This document shows positions 23,480 through 34,994 of a DNA stretch of 64,000 nucleotides, one piece after another (the first letter of the stretch is position 1; every line of letters starts with the position of its first letter). Location of the stretch: the NCBI GenBank assembly GCA_020137815.1, contig CM035358.1, forward strand, positions 4,526,001 through 4,590,000, read 5' to 3'. The stretch is from Hormiphora californensis. Its lineage: Eukaryota > Animalia > Ctenophora. A program made the position numbers and the translations under genes. The notes beneath the pieces are model-generated. The model did not search any database and was not told the origin of the DNA. It saw nothing but the letters and a program-made list of their open reading frames with translations.

Positions 23480-24029
23480 ATATCTGATATCTCTCTAAAG
23501 GAATGCAACGAGGTGATTGGTTTGGTTCGACAACTTCGAATTTATTTAAATCATAAATGAGATGTGGAAGTAATAATGATATTTATAGTGACTATTTGTG
23601 ATGGCAAATATCCGTGAAAATCGAGTGGTTAGGGTTCGGGGGAGCAAAAATTATGAGATATCAGTTTGTCTCAATTTCCAATAGACCAATAAGAGTTTTC
23701 GACTACCTAATTTGTATAACTATATTACATAACATTTTGGCCAAAACACACAGTACAAGGTGGTGTGTAAGAGAGAAAGAACTGCAAATAACCAGTAGTA
23801 AGCGAAGATCCGTGCTTAGCTCACTATTATATGTTACTACAGTAGTACTGCACAACCCTGTTACAGTGGTGAAGTGATGCAAAATGTGAATAATGAATTA
23901 TTCGAATTTTGCATAATGATATATCATCATAATGCAACATGTGAATAATTCACATTGGTGATACTTTGGTTACCAGTAAGGTTACTAGCAGTAACATCAA
24001 ACCATTATTTCTGTTAAATTTTTGGTAAC

Positions 24030-24927
24030 CAAACATTCTTCTATAGCCATGGTAACCAACAGTTACATCCCTCTATAGCCATGGTAACCAATAGTTACAT
24101 CCCTCTGTACCCATGGTAACCAATAGTTACATCCCTCTGTCATGTAGCTATGGTAAGCAATAGTTACATCCTTCTGTAGCCATGGTAACCAATAGTTACA
24201 TCCCTCTGTAGCCATGGTAACCAATAGTTACATCCCTCTGTAGCCATGGTAACCAATAGTTACATCCCTCTGTAGCCATGTGGTAACCGATAGTTACATT
24301 CCTCTGTAGCCATGGTAACCAATAGTTACATCCCTCTATAGCCATGGTAACCAATAGTTACATCCCTCTGTAGCCATGGTAACCAATAGTTACATCCCTC
24401 TGTATCCATGGTACCCAATAGTTACATCCCTCTGTAGCCATGGTAACCAATAGTTACATCCCTCTGTAGCCATGGTAACCAATAGTTACATCCCTCTGTA
24501 GCCATGGTAACCAATAGTTACATCCCTCTGTAGCTATGGTAACCAATAGTTACATCCCTCTGTAGCCATGGTAACCAATAGTTACGTCCCTCTGTAGCTA
24601 TGGTAACCAATAGTTACATCTCTCTGTAGCTATGGTAACCAATAGTTACATCCCTCTGTAGCTATGGTAACCAATAGTTACATCTCTCTGTAGCTATGGT
24701 AACCAATAGTTACATCTCTCTGTAGCTATGGTAACCAATAGTTACATCCCTCTGTAGCTATGGTAACCAATAGTTACATCTCTCTGTAGCCATGGTAACC
24801 AATAGTTAAATCCCTCTGTAGCCATGGTAACCAATAGTTACATCCCTCTGTAGCCATGGTAACCAATAGTTACATCCCTCTGTAGCCATGGTAACCAATA
24901 GTTACATCCCTCTGTAGCCATGGTAAC
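24030..24927 (+). repeat. 32-bp minisatellite (~27 copies) made of the SLC38A9 first-coding-exon acceptor plus ATG
   Basis: Unit CCATGGTAACCAATAGTTACATCCCTCTGTAG; the last copy runs directly into ATG GTA ACA CGT GAC... Confidence 0.95.
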
Positions 24928-27900
24928 ACGTGACAGTGATGACGAGGAATCAGTTCCCCTCATACAGAGTCTCAGTACTAAAGTTCCCAGACCGTAAGTG
25001 CAATACATACTGTTTTAAACTTACCTCTTTTCTTGACTGTAACAGCGCCGCCCAAAGCTTTGTCCAACACGTCCAAAACAAACATTCAATGTCAGCGGAC
25101 TGCGTCTTAGACGTCGTGGGCAACGCTTTGGGCAACGCTTTGGGCACCTCGCTCCCCTCATGTTCGCGCACCCGAAGGGCGATCCCCTCACGCAGGCAAG
25201 GCAACGCTTTGTGCGGGCGGCCAATATGACGGAGCACCACTGTATTCAAGTAATGCTCAAATTTGGCCCAGTACAGCTGAGAGGGTAGTCTTTTGTGAGA
25301 CAACTGTTTTTCAGATCCCCGTCACATTCCCCAATAATATGTTTTCCATCACTTACCAAGGTACGAGGCTGAGCCACTGTGGAGGCGACCCTTCAACTAT
25401 TCGGTACAGCATGGGATTGATCCAGAGAAGTTGAGCAGACTACAGAGATATCGATATTATCAGCGCCTTGCTCCTCCCATGACCATGGTCAGTCCCTGGA
25501 TTGAATTGTTGACTTAGTGATCGAATTGTTGAGTTAGGGGGGGGGATACTTGTCGAGGTTTAGGGATCGGGTTGTAGGCTATACTATTTTAGTATTTTTG
25601 GACAGAATAAAAATACGAATTTGGAAAAGAGGGAAGGCTATATCACTTACGTTAAAATCGAATTGCCGGGTATGATCCAATATTTACACATTTTCAGTTT
25701 GTTCCAGACCACATTATTCCTCCGGAATTTTTCATTGTCGTTCCTGTGGAAAAGGGAAAGAAACAAAGCTCAATGGTTACAATGTGAGTTGAACTATCAA
25801 ATTCTACTATTACAATAAAAATAATGCTGAATGCATGTACTTACTTAATTTATTTCTTTATGTGTGCTCTGCCGATGCTGAGTATTTATATCAATAGTTT
25901 TACATTCATTTTCTTATCATCTAATACCTTGTTCGTCTTAGCTTCAGCTTCGTTTCGTATTCCTTATTTTAACTCTCCCTCCCCTTCAAGTCCCCACTCT
26001 CCCTCCCTTTCAAGTCCCCACTCTCCCATGCAGTTTCTCTTTCCGTCCCTCCCAACTCATCTCCCACCCAGTTTCTCTCCTCCCAACTCCTCTCTACCTC
26101 CCACCCAGTTTCTCTCCTCCCAACTCCTCTCCCTCCCACCCAGTTTCTCTCCTCCCAACTCCTCTCCCCTCCCACCCAGTTTCTCTCCTCCCAACTCCTC
26201 TCTACCTCCCACCCAGTTTCTCTCCTCCCAACTCCTCTCCCCCTCCCACCCAGTTTCTCTCCTCCCAACTCCTCTCCCCCTCCCACCCAGTTTCTCTCCT
26301 CCCAACTCCTCTCTACCTCCCACCCAGTTTCTCTCCTCCCAACTCCTCTCTCCCTCCCACCCAGTTTCTCTCCTCCCAACTCCTCTCTACCTCCCACCCA
26401 GTTTCTCTCCTCCCAACTCCTCTACCTCCCACCCAGTTTCTCTCCTCCCAACTCCTCTCCCTCCCACCCAGTTTCTCTCTCCCAACTCCTCTCCCTCCCA
26501 CCCAGTTTCTCTCCTCCCAACTCCTCTCCCACCCAGTTTCTCTCCTCCCAACTCCTCTCCCCTCCCACCCAGTTTCTCTCCTCCCAACTCCTCTCCCACC
26601 CACCCAGTTTCTCTCCTCCCAACTCCTCTCCCTCCCACCCAGTTTCTCTCTCCCAACTCCTCTCCCCCTCCCACCCAGTTTCTCTCCTCCCAACTCCTCT
26701 CCCCCTCCCACCCAGTTTCTCTCCTCCCAACTCCTCTCCCCCTCCCACCCAGTTTCTCTCCTCCCAACTCCTCTCCCACCCAGTTTCTCTCCTCCCAACT
26801 CCTCTCCCCCTCCCACCCAATTTCTCTCCTCCCAACTCCTCTCCCCCTCCCACCCAGTTTCTCTCCTCCCAACTCCTCTCTACCTCCCACCCAGTTTCTC
26901 TCCTCCCAACTCCTCTCCCCCTCCCACCCAGTTTCTCTCCTCCCAACTCCTCTCCCACCCAGTTTCTCTCCTCCCAACTCCTCTCCCCCTCCCACCCAGT
27001 TTCTCTCCTCCCAACTCCTCTCCCTCCCACCCAGTTTCTCTCCTCCCAACTCCTCTCCCTCCCACCCAGTTTCTCTCCTCCCAACTCCTCTCCCCCTCCC
27101 ACCCAGTTTCTCTCCTCCCAACTCCTCTCCCCCTCCCACCCAGTTTCTCTCCTCCCAACTCCTCTCCCTCCCACCCAGTTTCTCTCTCCCTCATAACTCA
27201 TATCCTTCCCAGTTTCTCTCCTCCCAACTCCTCTCCCCCTCCCACCCAGTTTCTCTCCTCCCAACTCCTCTCCCTCCCACCCAGTTTCTCTCTCCCAACT
27301 CCTCTCCCAACTCCTCCCCCTCCCACCCAGTTTCTCTCTCCCTCATAACTCATCCCCTTCCCAGTTTCTCTCCTCCCAACTCCTCTCCCTCCCACCCAGT
27401 TTCTCTCCTCCCAACTCCTCTCCCTCCCACCCAGTTTCTCTCCTCCCGACTCCTCTCCCCCTCCCACCCAGTTTCTCTCCTCCCAACTCCTCTCTACCTC
27501 CCACCCAGTTTCTCTCCTCCCAACTCCTCTCCCTCCCACCCAGTTTCTCTCCTCCCAACTCCTCTCCCTCCCCCTCCCACCCAGTTTCTCTCCTCCCAAC
27601 TCCTCTCCCCCTCCCACCCAGTTTCTCTCCTCCCTCATAACTCATCTCCCTCCCACCCAGTTTCTCTCCTCCCAACTCCTCTCACCCTCCCACCCAGTTT
27701 CTCTCTCCCTCATAACTCATATCCTTCCCAGTTTCTCTCCTCCCAACTCCTCTCCCTCCCACCCAGTTTCTCTTCCCAACTCCTCTCCCTCCCACCCAGT
27801 TTCTCTCTCCCAACTCCTCTCCCTCCCACCCAGTTTCTCTCCTCCCAACTCCTCTCCCCCTCCCACCCAGTTTCTCTCCTCCCAACTCCTCTCCCTCCCA

Positions 27901-30900
27901 CCCAGTTTCTCTCCTCCCAACTCCTCTACCTCCCACCCAGTTTCTCTCCTCTCAACTCCCCTCCCACCCAGTTTCTCTCCTCCCAACTCCTCTCCCTCCC
28001 ACCCAGTTTCTCTCCTCCCAACTCCTCCCCCCTCCCACCCAGTTTCTCTCCTCCCAACTCCTCTCCCCCTCCCACCCAGTTTCTCTCTCCCAACTCCTCT
28101 CCCCTCCCACCCAGTTTCTCTCCTCTCAACTCCCCTCCCACCCAGTTTCTCTCCTCCCAACTCCTCTCCCTCCCACCCAGTTTCTCTCCTCCCAACTCCT
28201 CCCCCCTCCCACCCAGTTTCTCTCCTCCCAACTCCTCTCCCTCCCACCCAGTTTCTGTCTCCTCCCAAATCCTCTCCCCCTCCCACCCAGTTTCTGTCCT
28301 CCCAACTCCTCTCTCCCTCCCACCCAGTTTCTCTCCTCCCAACTCCTCTCCCTCCCACCCAGTTTCTCTCCTCCCAACTCCTCTCCCCCTCCCACCCAGT
28401 TTCTCTCCTCCCAACTCCTCTCCCTCCCACCCAGTTTCTCTCCTCCCAACTCCTCCCCCTCCCACCCAGTTTCTCTCCTCCCAACTCCTCTCCCTCCCAC
28501 CCAGTTTCTCTCCTCCCAACTCCTCTCCCTCCCACCCAGTTTCTCTCCTCCCAACTCCTCTCCCTCCCACCCAGTTTCTCTCCTCCCAACTCCTCTCCCT
28601 CCCTCCCCTTTTCTCCTCTTCCACCTCTCCCTCCCACCCGTTTTCTTTCTCTCCTCCCAACTCCTCTCCCCCTTCCCACCCATTTCTCTTTCCTCCAACT
28701 CCTCTCCCATCCCCACCCAGTTTCTTGTCCTCTCCTCCCACTCCTCTATCTACCTCCCAACCCCAGTTTCCCCTCTCAACTCCCCTCCCAACCAGTTTTC
28801 TCTCCTCCAACTCATCTCCCTCCCACCCAGTGTCTCTCCTCCCAACTCACTATCCTCCCCCTCCCACCCAGTTGCTCTCCTCCCCACTCCTCTCACCCTC
28901 CACCCTTTTCTCTTCCCAAATCCTCTCCCCGCCAACCCAGTTTTTCCTCCCCAACCCTCCCCCCACCCAGTTTCTCTCCTCCCCCTCCTCTCCCCCCCCC
29001 CATTTCCCCTCCCCCCAATCCTCCCCTCCCACCCAATTTCTTCCTCCTCCCTCCCTCCCCCCATTTGTCTCCTCCCAAACCTCCCCCCCCTCCCCCATTT
29101 CTTTCTCCGCCCAACTCCTCTCTCCCTCCCACCCTTTCTTCCCCCCCTCCTCTCCCTCCCACCCAGTTCTGTCCTCCCAACCTTTCCCCTCCCACCCTTT
29201 CCCTCCCACCCTTCTTCCTCCCACCCCCCACTCCTCCTCCCCTCCTCCCCCCAATTCCTTCTCCACCCATCTCTCCCTCCACCCAGTTTCTTCTCCCAAC
29301 CTCCCTCTCCCTCCCACCCAGTTTCTCTCCCCCAACCCTCTCCCCTCCCCACCCCGTTTCTCCTCCTCCCACTCCTCCCCTCCCCCTTCTCCCCCAACTC
29401 CTCTACCTCCCACCCATTCCTCTCAACCTCCCCTCCCACCCGTTTTCTTTCCCTCCCCCCCCCCCATCCCCTCCACTCCTTCCCCCACCCTTCTTCCCCA
29501 ACCCCCCCTCCCCCCATTCTCTCCTCCCAATCCTCTCCCTCCCACCCAGTTCTCCCCCCATCTCCTCCCTCCCACCCAGTTTCTCCCTCCAACTCCTCCC
29601 CCCACCACAGTTCTCTCTCCCAATCCCATCCCTCCCCTCCTTTCTCCCAACCAATTTCTCCCTCCCAACTCTCTCCCATCCCACCCAGTTTCTCTCCTCC
29701 CAACCTTCCCCCCCCCCCAGTTTCTCTCTCCAACTACACTCTCCCTCCCCCCAGTTCTCTCCTCCCAACTCCTCTCCTCTCCACCCTTCTCTCTCCTCCC
29801 ACCTCTCCCTCCCACCAGTTTCTCCTCCTCCCTCCTCTCCCCTCCCACCCAGTTCCTCTCCTCTCCCCCTCCACCCTCCCCTCCCATCTCTCCCCCCACT
29901 CCTCTCCTCTCCCCCAGTTTCTCCTCCTCCTACCTACTCCCTCCCCCCACCCGTTCTCTCCTCCCAACTCCTCTCCTCCCCCCAGTTTCTCCCCTCCCCC
30001 TCCCCTCACCATCTCTCCCCCCCTCCCCCCCAGTTTCTCTCCTCCCTCACTACTCCTCCTCCTCCCCACCCAGATTTCCTCCTCCCAATCCTCCCTCAAC
30101 CATTTCCTCTCCTCCCAACCCTCCCCCCACCCACCGTTTCTTCCTCCCAACTCCCCTCCCTCCCACACCATTTCCCTCCCCCCACCCATTTCTCTCCTCC
30201 ACCCACTCCTCTCCCCCCACCATTCCCTCCCTCTCTCCCACTCCACCCCCCCTCCCTCCCACTCCTCTACCCCAACTCCTCTCCTCCCACACTTTTCTCT
30301 CTCCCAAACTCTCTCCCTCCCACCCATTTCTCTCCACTCCTCCCCTCCACCTTTCCTCCCCCAACTCTTCTCCCCCCCCACTCTCTCCCCCAACTCCCTC
30401 TCCCTCCCCAGTTCTCCAACTCCTCTCCCCCCCCCCGTTTTCTCCCCAACTCCTCTCCCTCCCACCCAGTTTCTCTCCCAACTCCCCCACCCCTCCTCCC
30501 ACCCCCTCACAGTTTTCCTCCAAACTCTCCCCCCCCCACCCAGTTTCTCTCCTCCCAACTCCTCTCCCTCCCACCCAGTTCTCTCCTCCCAACTCCTCCC
30601 CCCCTCCCCCCGTTTCTCTCCTCCACTCCTCTCCCCTCCCACCACAGTCTTCTCTCCTCCCCAAACTCCATCTCCCTCCCCCCAGTTCTCTCCTCCCAAC
30701 TCCTCTCCCTCCCACCCAGTTTCTCCCTCTCCCTTCCCACCTCCAGTTTTCTCCCACTCCTCCCCCACCAGTTTCTCTCCCTCCCCATACTCTCCCCTCT
30801 CCACCCAGTTTCTCTCCTCCAACTCCCCTCCACCCATTTTCTCTCCTCCCAACTCCTCTCCCTCCCACCCCAGTTTCTCTCCTCCCAACTCCCTCCCTCC

Positions 30901-33900
30901 CACCCCAGTTTCTCTCCTCCCAACTCCTCCCCCTCCCACCCAGTTTCTCTCCTCCCAACTCCTCTCCCTCCCACCCAGTTTCTGTCTCCTCCCAAATCCT
31001 CTCCCCCTCCCACCCAGTTTCTGTCCTCCCAACTCCTCTCTCCCTCCCACCCAGTTTCTCTCCTCCCAACTCCTCTCCCTCCCACCCAGTTTCTGTCCTC
31101 CCAACTCCTCTCCCCCTCCCACCCAGTTTCTCTCCTCCCAACTCCTCTCCCCCTCCCACCCAGTTTCTCTCCTCCCAACTCCTCCCCCTCCCACCCAGTT
31201 TCTCTCCTCCCAACTCCTCTCCCTCCCACCCAGTTTCTCTCCTCCCAACTCCTCTCCCTCCCACCCAGTTTCTCTCCTCCCAACTCCTCTCCCCTCCCAC
31301 CCAGTTTCTCTCCTCTCAACTCCTCTCCCTCCCACCCAGTTTCTCTCCTCCCAACTCCTCTCCCTCCCACCCAGTTTCTCTCCTCCCAACTCCTCTCCCC
31401 CTCCCACCCAGTTTCTCTCTCCCTCATAACTCCTCTCCCTCCCACCCAGTTTCTCTCCTCCCAACTCCTCCCCCTCCCACCCAGTTTCTCTCCTCCCAAC
31501 TCCTCTCCCTCCCTCCCAGTTTCTCTCCTCCCAACTCCTCTCCCTCCCACCCAGTTTCTCTCTCCCTCATAACTCCTCTCCCTCCCACCCAGTTTCTCTC
31601 CTCCCAACTCCTCTCCCTCCCACCCAGTTTCTCTCCTCCCAACTGCTCTCCCCCTCCCACCCAGTTTCTCTCCTCCCAACTCCTCTCCCTCCCACCCAGT
31701 TTCTCTCTCCCTCATAACTCATATCCCTTCCCAGTTTCTCGCTGTGGAACACGATGCTGGGAACATCTCTACTGTGTATGCCTGCTGCAATGCTGCACGC
31801 TGGCCTACTGCTAGGTTAGTATTTGTGGGGAGAGGTGTGTTGGTGGTTAGTGGTTATTTATTGGTGATTAGTGACGGGTTACTGACAGTATAAGTGTACA
31901 GTCTATCAAAATCAAAATTGATCTACCAAAGATCCTGCCCTATCTTTGATAGATTTACAATTTTCCCTCCCCCTTCCCCACAACAACATATAAAGCGAAA
32001 CAACAACGAACTGGCTGTGCGTCGCCCAACGTTGCGCATGTAAGTCTCACCGGTGAGATCGTTATGCGCAACGAACGCGCAACGTGCGGCCAGTTCGTTG
32101 TTGTTTCGCTTTCACCTTAGTAACAATGGATATACAGACTACCTACCAACAAGGGTACCGATAAAGATTCCAGGAGAGCTTGCGATGTTGAACAGTATTC
32201 CATCAGTCACGTCATCACCAGGCCATATTGATTCACATTTAGGCCGAGAATCAGTATTCACAAACTCGTATGAATAAACCAAAACTCCATCACGCCATAC
32301 TTTAACCCCTGTTGCTGATTTTCGAAACGCCCATACCATCTCATTAGTATCAGAATCAGTGGTAGGCAGCGGATCGTCTAATGTGCAATACCCGATATCG
32401 ATAACGACAGTTGTCTGGGTCTTGGTGGTGATGTCAATTCCAGCAATCCCCACGCCGCTTTTAGTGATATGGAACCAAATACGGGAGGGAGCAGGGTGGG
32501 TCGTTTTGAGGTACAAGGTCGTCTGTTCAATGTTGTGTTCGATTAGAACATTATTGGCAATTTCTTTCCAGACAAAACCTGTAGATAGAAGCGGGGTGTT
32601 TAGTTCTTGAAATATGTACTTTACACTGGATGGTACAACTGCAAAAATAACGTGCTTACTTCTTTTTATAATTGGAAGATAAGTAAGTTATTAAGTTGAT
32701 TACTGAGATACATACCTTTCGCGTTAGCTATGTCGAATAGAATCAGGATCAAAAGGAATCGTTTCATCATTGGGTACCTACCTATACAAAATAGCACGTT
32801 ATAAAAGTGTTATAAAAGGGTTATAAAACATATGCAAAGTTATACAAGTGTAACAGGGAGGCATAAAGAAAATGAACATGTTTTATTTATAATTGAGACA
32901 ATTGAGACTCGTTTCAAGCTGGACAAATCAACAATTACCATAATGATAATGATCAGGAACCGACCGAATCAGGAAATACTGGTCCCTGATTGGCTGATAA
33001 CCAGTCACGTGACCTAAATAACGAGTTCTGATTGGTTGTTTACTTGTTTCGGTCGGTTCCTGATAATGATCCAATGTTTAATTATTCATGTTGCGATGCA
33101 ACAAAGGAACGGTGGAGACTTAGTAATATTGTCTTTCCAAGCCGGGTAAGTCGGTACAGTGCGAGATATACAGTCAGGCCCCAAACCCTCCTTTATCACA
33201 CGCAAAGATGAACACGCGGCACGTTTTACACAACTTCAACTCTTCAGAAACAGTTGTTCTTGGGTGTCAGAAAGTGAGAGACACATTTAGACTAAAGAGA
33301 GAGATATATGAGTTTGCACGCGACAGCACTTGGCTAGCACGGCCTCACGTAGCCGCACCGGGTCTTCGGCCCGGTGCGGAGAGGACGATCTTATATTGAG
33401 ACATTCATGGGGTAAGTAGGTAAGTAGGTAAGCGGGTAAGCGGGTAAGCGGATAAGCGGGTACGAGTATATTACTATTATAAGCATTCATTATAGCATTG
33501 AGCTCAGTACATATTATATTATTCAATATATTATGTTGTGAGCAAGGTAATAGAACAATCATAATATGTAATAATACTTAGTAATATGTAATATATAGCC
33601 CATATATATATAGCCCATATATATATTGCCTTTCTCTGCGCCCGAAAAAAAGCAGAATTAGAACTTAACAAAAACAGAAGAGTCAAAATTCTACCAGACG
33701 AACTAAAAAACTCCATGGACAACAAGTTATCCTGTTTTGGTCATACAAGACCATCTAATACTATATCAGATATTTTTTTCGAGGAGTCTGCAAAATAGTA
33801 AGTTCTATTTCCACTTTGATCATCATCATCTGACGTTCTAAAACTCGCAGCGATCCCGCCTGAGCTCCTTTTACGGTACCGTAACATTTCGAGATTGGTG

Positions 33901-34962
33901 ACATTCGCGAGACTGTAATTGTCCAAAAGATGTCAGTTTTCCTAATTCAGCTACCATTTCCCTGAAATTCGCCCGTAGGGCGAACGGGTTTACTAGTATT
34001 CTGAAACCACATAATATATTGTTATTGATTGAACACCGTTTTCTATCCAGCCACATAATAACACTAACCCCCAGACAGCCCTCAAATAACGTTGTGTCCC
34101 TCTGTGTTCGAGGTTTCGCTCCCCCTTCTCCTTCGGAGCGTGGCGGCCTACGTGGCCAATCCAATAACCCTCCAACACCCTTAAACAACCCTTCAGCCCC
34201 CAACCAACCCCGACTAAAATGATCATTGTTAACCAACTGAGTCACTACACCGCCCTCTTAGGTGGAGCTATTATACTGGGAGTAGGAGCACTGACATGTT
34301 ACACAGCCCTGTTGGTAGTGCAGGTTACAATGGAGGTGCAGCTCCTTGATATTTTTAGGAAGACACCCATGGAATTTGCTGATGTGATAGAATATTACAT
34401 GCCATACCCCTCCGGTAAATGAAATCACGGTGAAATGAATTTGAAAAATGAAAATGTAACCAATGTGTTGTGTGTCGCGTGTCCCAATGCGTGTCCCCCG
34501 CTGCCCCTGACCCATCACATATTCGGAAGGCGCGGTGAGGTCAGGAGGATAGTTAGTGGTTTAAGGCAGGTTCGTCTCCTCTCCGCTCCTCTGTCCCTTG
34601 GTACGGGTGCAGAACTCTGACTCCTTTCTCTTCTCTCCTCAGCCTGCTGTTCCCCTCTTGTGCCCCTCCCTAGATGTAGAGTTTTTCATTTTGTGTGTCC
34701 ACTATGTTTTATTAAATATTTTTTTTGACCATTTATGTACTCAGTATGGCGGGTAACATCCTATTAATCGAGTTCATTATCATTTTTTTGCTACCTTATT
34801 TCTTCTCCCCGCCCTTGGGTTCCTTGTTATCTTTATTCAGGTACCGGCCCCTTTTTCCTTAAGGTGGGACAATGCATCCCGGAATTAGGGGATCTTACCC
34901 TTCCTGATGGCGGGCCTCACGCCCGACCGTTCGTATAGTCTTGTTTTTCGATTGAGAGAGAG

Positions 34963-34994
<32 letters not shown>

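Noticed and set aside
24030-24927. CRISPR-like 32-bp repeats (also the 34- and 37-bp arrays)
   Set aside because: Head-to-tail tandem units with no unique spacers, no cas genes, and a eukaryotic context.
28600-30900. Apparent older, diverged core of the large array
   Set aside because: Indel-rich degradation like that at 51400-52750 and 57080-57900 looks like unpolished long-read or gap-fill error, so no evolutionary conclusion is drawn.
25824-31814. 1996-aa Pro/Ser-rich extensin-like ORF and many overlapping Gly/Glu/Arg ORFs
   Set aside because: These are translations of a minisatellite that lacks stops in some frames. The region is the intron between SLC38A9 exons that join in phase.
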